Origin: Octopus sinensis
Taxonomy: Eukaryota
Direction: 5' to 3'
Length of the DNA stretch: 40,696 nucleotides
NCBI RefSeq assembly: GCF_006345805.1
Contig: NW_021835408.1
Coordinates: forward strand, 1 to 40,696
Part shown: piece by piece, positions 35,570 to 40,696 of the stretch
Layout: every line of letters begins with the position of its first letter
Numbering within the stretch: position 1 is the stretch's first letter
Notes under the pieces: model-generated
Databases searched by the model: none
The model's input: only the letters and a program-made list of their open reading frames with translations
Told to the model about the DNA's origin: nothing
Program-made: the position numbers and the translations under genes

Positions 35570-35974
35570 ATTTATATATATATATTCATATATATATATT
35601 TATATATATATATATTATATATATATATATCAATATAAATTTACACACAAATGCACACACAGAGACACACAAATACGCACATACGAATATAAAATGCGAA
35701 CAAAATTTTTTGCTTTTGAAACTGCTTTATGTTTGTGTAAATATATAGTTGTGTAAATATGTCGGTGTAAATACGAGTGCTGCATGTATGATATTGTAGT
35801 GTGAACGGTACATATTCTATTACGCAAGCGTATTTCTGAGTGCCACAAAGATAGAAAAACTATCTTTGATGATTATCGTAAAGGAAATAGCATTGTCTAT
35901 TGTACTGTCAAATACCAAGTTGTAAATGTGTGGACCAGCGATCAGTGGACGAACAACTGTCTTCCGAGTATTTC

Positions 35975-36565
35975 ATTCTGTAAAATTTTGAACATTCGTT
36001 ACTAGTAACGGAAACAGTATTAGTTCAGAATAGTATTCTGTTTTATCTTAAATAACGTGGATATATTGTAGTAAAGAGTAATACTGCAGTTCTCGTCTTA
36101 AGAGAACATCTCGTATAGACGTACAATGCTAAAAGAAGCACAGACGTGTATCTGTAGCAAACGAAAAGCATCCGGCAGTGGTGGTAAAGCTGCTGAATTC
36201 GGATTTTTGCATCTTCGCGCGTCATCAGTAACAAGTATCCATTGTCAACCACATGGTTCGACAAATCAACCTCAACAAATCACTGGTGTTCTAAATAACT
36301 AGCAGTCTTGCAAAATTTAGTCATGAGGAGCGGAAGCAGTAGCAGTATCGAATAGCATTCTATCTATCTTACTATATATATCTTACTATAAATACTGTAG
36401 AAAGACACATCACTGCGGTATTCGCCGTAAGAAAGCATGTGGAACAAACTTAGAGTGCCTAATGGCACGCAAGTGTATCATTACAAGACGAAAAGCGTCT
36501 AGCATCCGTTATTGATTTGCTGAACCCGGATTTCAATGTCATTGCGCGTCATCAGTACCAAGACT
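35975..36565. repeat. Diverged tandem dimer with a period of about 322-327 bp
   Basis: Anchors recur in order: GAATAG(T/C)ATTCT (36028/36350), ACTGC(A/G)GT, GTGTATC, ACGAAAAGC, GCTGAA, and GCGCGTCATCAGTA (TCATCAG at 36222/36549). Confidence 0.65.
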
Positions 36566-36569
36566 TCAG

Positions 36570-36585
36570 GTGTGTATGTGTGTGC

Positions 36586-36670
<85 letters not shown>
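36570..36670. repeat. (GT)n microsatellite
   Basis: Direct reading. Confidence 0.95.
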
Positions 36671-36672
<2 letters not shown>

Positions 36673-37009
36673 CGTCAACTATTTCAAGGAAAAAGCTGTT
36701 TGTTGTAGATTCAGGCACAGACCTGAATGAGTTTACTGTGTTCGTCAAAACAGTATGGTACAATGAAGAAAATAAATGCATATTCCTAAATGGATGTAAT
36801 AAATATATTCAAGCAGACCAAGACTAGTATATGTCTTTGGTAATTTAGAACGTGACTTTAACTATATGCAAGCATCTATAAACATATATGCTTAATTTTT
36901 TTTATATTTTTATATCACAATATGTGTTTATATATCCACATATAGATTTCCTTCATCTTCGTCTTTGGTGGACTTCTCCGGACGCGAGTGGATAGCCATA
37001 TTATATTCA

Positions 37010-37281
<272 letters not shown>

Positions 37282-37528
37282 ACAGCTCTTCTACAGAGTT
37301 GTTTTAGACGCAAAAACTCTGTAATTGACTTCTTAAGCTTTTAGGCTACTTCCGTTACTTCACGGTGCTAATGTCTATAGTTCACCGGATTTGTATATAA
37401 ATTGTAATTCTTGTTTTTGCTATTGGCAAATGACATCATACCAGGTCTTCTATTTTTTTCTTCTTTTTTTCTGTTTACTAGAAACAGAGCTTGTGTTTGC
37501 AGCAGATATTCTTAATTTTCATATATAT

Positions 37529-37573
<45 letters not shown>

Positions 37574-37616
37574 GCATATTTACATACATTGCATATATAT
37601 TATACACACACACATG

Positions 37617-37648
<32 letters not shown>

Positions 37649-37695
37649 TATACATATATATATATACACACATGTATGTATATATATATATATTT

Positions 37696-37771
37696 ATTAT
37701 GCATGTATATATGAGACAGGATTATGTTTTCTACTTTTCTTTTGGTTTTAGGTAATGGCATATACGTGTGG

Positions 37772-37827
<56 letters not shown>

Positions 37828-37905
37828 ATGCATGTATATATGATACAGGATTATGTTTTCTACTTTCCTTTTGGTTTTAGATAATGGCATATACGTCTGT
37901 GTATA
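37696..37905. repeat. Tandem duplication of a ~78-bp unique segment separated by (TA)n (period 129 bp)
   Basis: ATGCATGTATATATGA(G/T)ACAGGATTATGTTTTCTACTTT...GGCATATACGT starts at 37699 and 37828. Confidence 0.9.
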
Positions 37906-37919
37906 TGTATGTTATATAT

Positions 37920-37976
<57 letters not shown>

Positions 37977-38001
37977 GATATATATATATATTATATATAT
38001 G

Positions 38002-38079
<78 letters not shown>

Positions 38080-38877
38080 TCTATCAACAGATATCATTGT
38101 GTGTATATATATATGATGTCTAAAACTTACTATTATCACTTGTAAGAATTTAGTTTCCAAAATGGATAGAGATCATCGAAGGATTGCTTTTGTCAAAAGG
38201 TAGAACGTCTGTCATGTTTACAGGAGATGCAGGGTTATGTCCCACGGACAATCATCGACCCTTTCTTTCTATAAGGGTCGATGACTGTGCTATTATTTAT
38301 ATTTACGGATCTGGAGTAGATACGTTTGAGCCGCTGGTTTTCTATATTTGCAATCGAACAATCGATTGAACCATGAATACACCCCCAAACTATTTCTGAA
38401 ACAGCTGTAAGCCTATTATAAATAAACAATTACATGTATCCCATTATTTTTGTCTATGTATATATTTATTTATGTATGTATGTGTATATATGTGTGTCTG
38501 TGGGATTATATGTATGTGTGTGTGGTGTGTGCGTGTGTGTTGCGTGTGTATGTGTGTGGTGTGTGCGTGTGTGAAATTCTTCTAAAAACTAATTCATTTC
38601 ATTCTATCAAGAACCTTCCTATGATGACTCACTGAGGCGAAAAGTGTACCGTTGTTATATTTGCATAGAAGTTTTTTGCATTAACAAGATTGTGCTAATT
38701 TCCTTATTTGTTTATTATTATTTTTTTTTTCTTCTTTCAAATGTGCTTCCATTTCTTGCCGAGTGTCTTCCCGACTCCTAGGGCAAAGAAACTCATACTA
38801 TACATTGGTAGGCCATTAAACTACACTCAATAGTTCGTTCATTTCTTTTTTTTTGTTAAATTAAAATACATGAGTAG

Positions 38878-38879
38878 TA

Positions 38880-38937
<58 letters not shown>

Positions 38938-38941
38938 TTTA

Positions 38942-39006
<65 letters not shown>

Positions 39007-39011
39007 TTTTA

Positions 39012-39076
<65 letters not shown>

Positions 39077-39080
39077 TATT
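38878..39080. repeat. (TTA)n microsatellite
   Basis: Direct reading. Confidence 0.95.
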
Positions 39081-39417
39081 ATCTCCGCCTTAGCAAAGGC
39101 GGAGGTATTGTGTTCAGTCGTTTTTGTTTGTTTAGTTGTTTGTGGACAAGACATCTGAAGAACCGTTGGATGGATTTGAGTGAAACTTTCAGGGATGTTT
39201 GGCCTCGTGGCTGGCACGAACTGATTAGATTTTTAGATCGATCCGGTACCGGACGAGGATTCTGGATTATTTTTTCCGGTCTTTTTTACTTAATTTTTGA
39301 GACCGCTCGGTTTCATTTTTAGTATTCTTGTTTGTGAGAGCAGTCGAGTTTATTTCAGATATTCTCGTTTTAAAAATCCTCTGACGGAGGTTTGCGTTCT
39401 TTGAGTGCTCTTGTTTA
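39081..39417 (+). mobile_element. Helentron-associated (HINE/DINE-1-like) non-autonomous element
   Basis: 5' palindrome CTCCGCC-TTAGCAAA-GGCGGAG, internal GTTTGTTT repeats and GATCCGGTACCGGA, and 3' GACGGAGGTTTGCGTTCTTTGAGTGCTCTTGTT with a subterminal repeat and short hairpin. Confidence 0.7.
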
Positions 39418-39623
39418 ATTAAATTTTCAACGCTAATTTTCAGTTATTAGAGTTCTTTCTGCTAAAATTTTTAACACGCCAAACTAGCCGATACTTTTAT
39501 GCTACGGCAGTTTTCCACAAAACCATGCCCTGTCTTGCATTTACTTCAGCAGTCAAATATAGACGAAAAAGGTAGTTGAAACACCCACACATACATCCAC
39601 GCGCACATGCTTACAGACGCTTA

Positions 39624-39695
<72 letters not shown>

Positions 39696-40082
39696 ACACA
39701 CACAGAGATTTTCGAAATTGCTTTTCTGAGCAAACTTTCCTGCAAGCATGTCACTGGTTAGAATGGACACTCAAGCTCCAGTCAAGAAAAGAAAATATAC
39801 ACAGAGACACTTGCGAAAACAATAACATCCTAAAAATACAGGACAGATTGTACTCTCTTACTTTTGAGTTTTAAGCAATAATTTCCAAGATTTTAGTTAC
39901 CTGTCCGGGGTAAACCAATACGAAAGGCAACTCGAGTTCTCGTCTATCTCATGAGTGACATTACAATTAGAATTTTCAGGATCTGTACCTTTCTATAAGG
40001 AATAACTATGAACTTTCACTCTCCCGATTTTCTAGTTTTTCTGCTAAGTAGTGTAGCCATGCTGGTCGACTATCACAGGGGA

Positions 40083-40145
40083 GACGATCCCTTCTACATT
40101 AAGACAATCCCTTCTATATTAAGACAATCCCTTCTATATTAAGAC
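40083..40145. repeat. 20-bp unit x3 minisatellite (GACAATCCCTTCTATATTAA)
   Basis: Units start at 40083, 40103 and 40123. The first unit has two substitutions. Confidence 0.9.
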
Positions 40146-40205
40146 TGAACCCAGAACCATGTGGTTGGGAAGCAAGCTTCTTACCACACAACCACGCCTG
40201 TGCCT
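40143..40205 (-). mobile_element. SINE family B head fragment
   Basis: GACTGAACCCAGAACCATGTGGTTGGGAAGCAAGCTTCTTACCACACAACCACGCCTGTGCC. Confidence 0.85.
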
Positions 40206-40599
40206 ATGCATGCTTTTCTTTTCCATACATTATATAGAATTTATAGTTTCAAGTCGCTATGTCATCTTCCTTTGGATTTGTAGGCACAGCATAACTTAAA
40301 ACAAATATGCTAAATTAAACATTTTATGAAGTTAGACATTTCTTAGAGAGAAAATAGTTTTACAGTTCAAAAGGTATCTCTGATTTCTATAACTGAATTA
40401 TATGTGAAGGTGTGTGGCCTAATGGCTAGAGTTCGATCTCTAGACCAGCTTTTTTCTACCTTCAGCTGAACAAAGTGAAGGGGCATAAAATGAAGGGTTT
40501 TGTTTAAAGACACAACCCACCGTCAGGTCCTAGAATCGAACCAATAATCTTAAAGTTGTGAATCAACACCTATTTAGCCATCTTCTAACATTTAGCTGC

Positions 40600-40696
40600 T
40601 TCAGTCTGGGGCACAGCCTTGAAGAATTTTTGTCCACTAGTTTACAGTGAAGTAAAAACCCAATAACATCTGTCAAGCGGTTGTGGAGGACAAACA
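40600..40696 (-). mobile_element. SINE family B 3' module, cut by the window end
   Basis: CTGGGGCACAGCCTTGAAGAATTTT...TGTCAAGCGGTTGTGGAGGGACAAACA. Confidence 0.6.

Noticed and set aside
36130-36510. Possible plus-strand hammerheads in the 325-bp dimer (CTAATG-GCAC-GCAA-GTG...CGAAA-AGCG-TC-TAGCA)
   Set aside because: The core is mutated in both units and about 13 extra nt separate the hairpin from GAAA; too many assumptions are needed.
38160-38369. Candidate exon(s) (ATGGATAGAG...AAAAG|GTAG; track ORF 38184-38369)
   Set aside because: No recognisable protein similarity, and the splice signals are weak and inconsistent.
39150-39200. CTGAAGA...GAAA inside the HINE element
   Set aside because: No stem II or stem I pairing.
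40083-40145. CRISPR-like array
   Set aside because: The units are head-to-tail with no spacers, and the sequence context is eukaryotic.

Overview
This is AT-rich, intron-like or intergenic animal DNA, very dense in microsatellites. From memory (not a database search), its repeat families look like those of octopus. I found no host protein-coding exon, rRNA, genuine tRNA or CRISPR array, and almost every ORF in the supplied track is a translated microsatellite or SINE. Supported content: (i) about 25 copies or fragments of five tRNA-derived SINE-like families, labelled A-E here; (ii) two 5'-truncated R4/Dong-clade non-LTR retrotransposons (CCHC knuckle plus restriction-like endonuclease) inserted head-to-head in (TAA)n tracts at 25.6-27.6 kb; (iii) Helitron/Helentron-type and pogo-type DNA transposon remnants; (iv) a 458-bp fold-back hairpin; (v) two decayed ORF-like islands of unknown origin. 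The most interesting signal is a set of minimal type I hammerhead ribozyme motifs with palindromic helix III in several unrelated repeats. One 600-bp insert at 14.5-15.0 kb carries such motifs on BOTH strands. A tRNA-headed element (family E) carries a hammerhead-like motif plus an internal (TAA)n tract into which the Dong elements inserted. All folds and alignments were done by eye, most motifs carry mismatches, and SINE/transposon boundaries are approximate.
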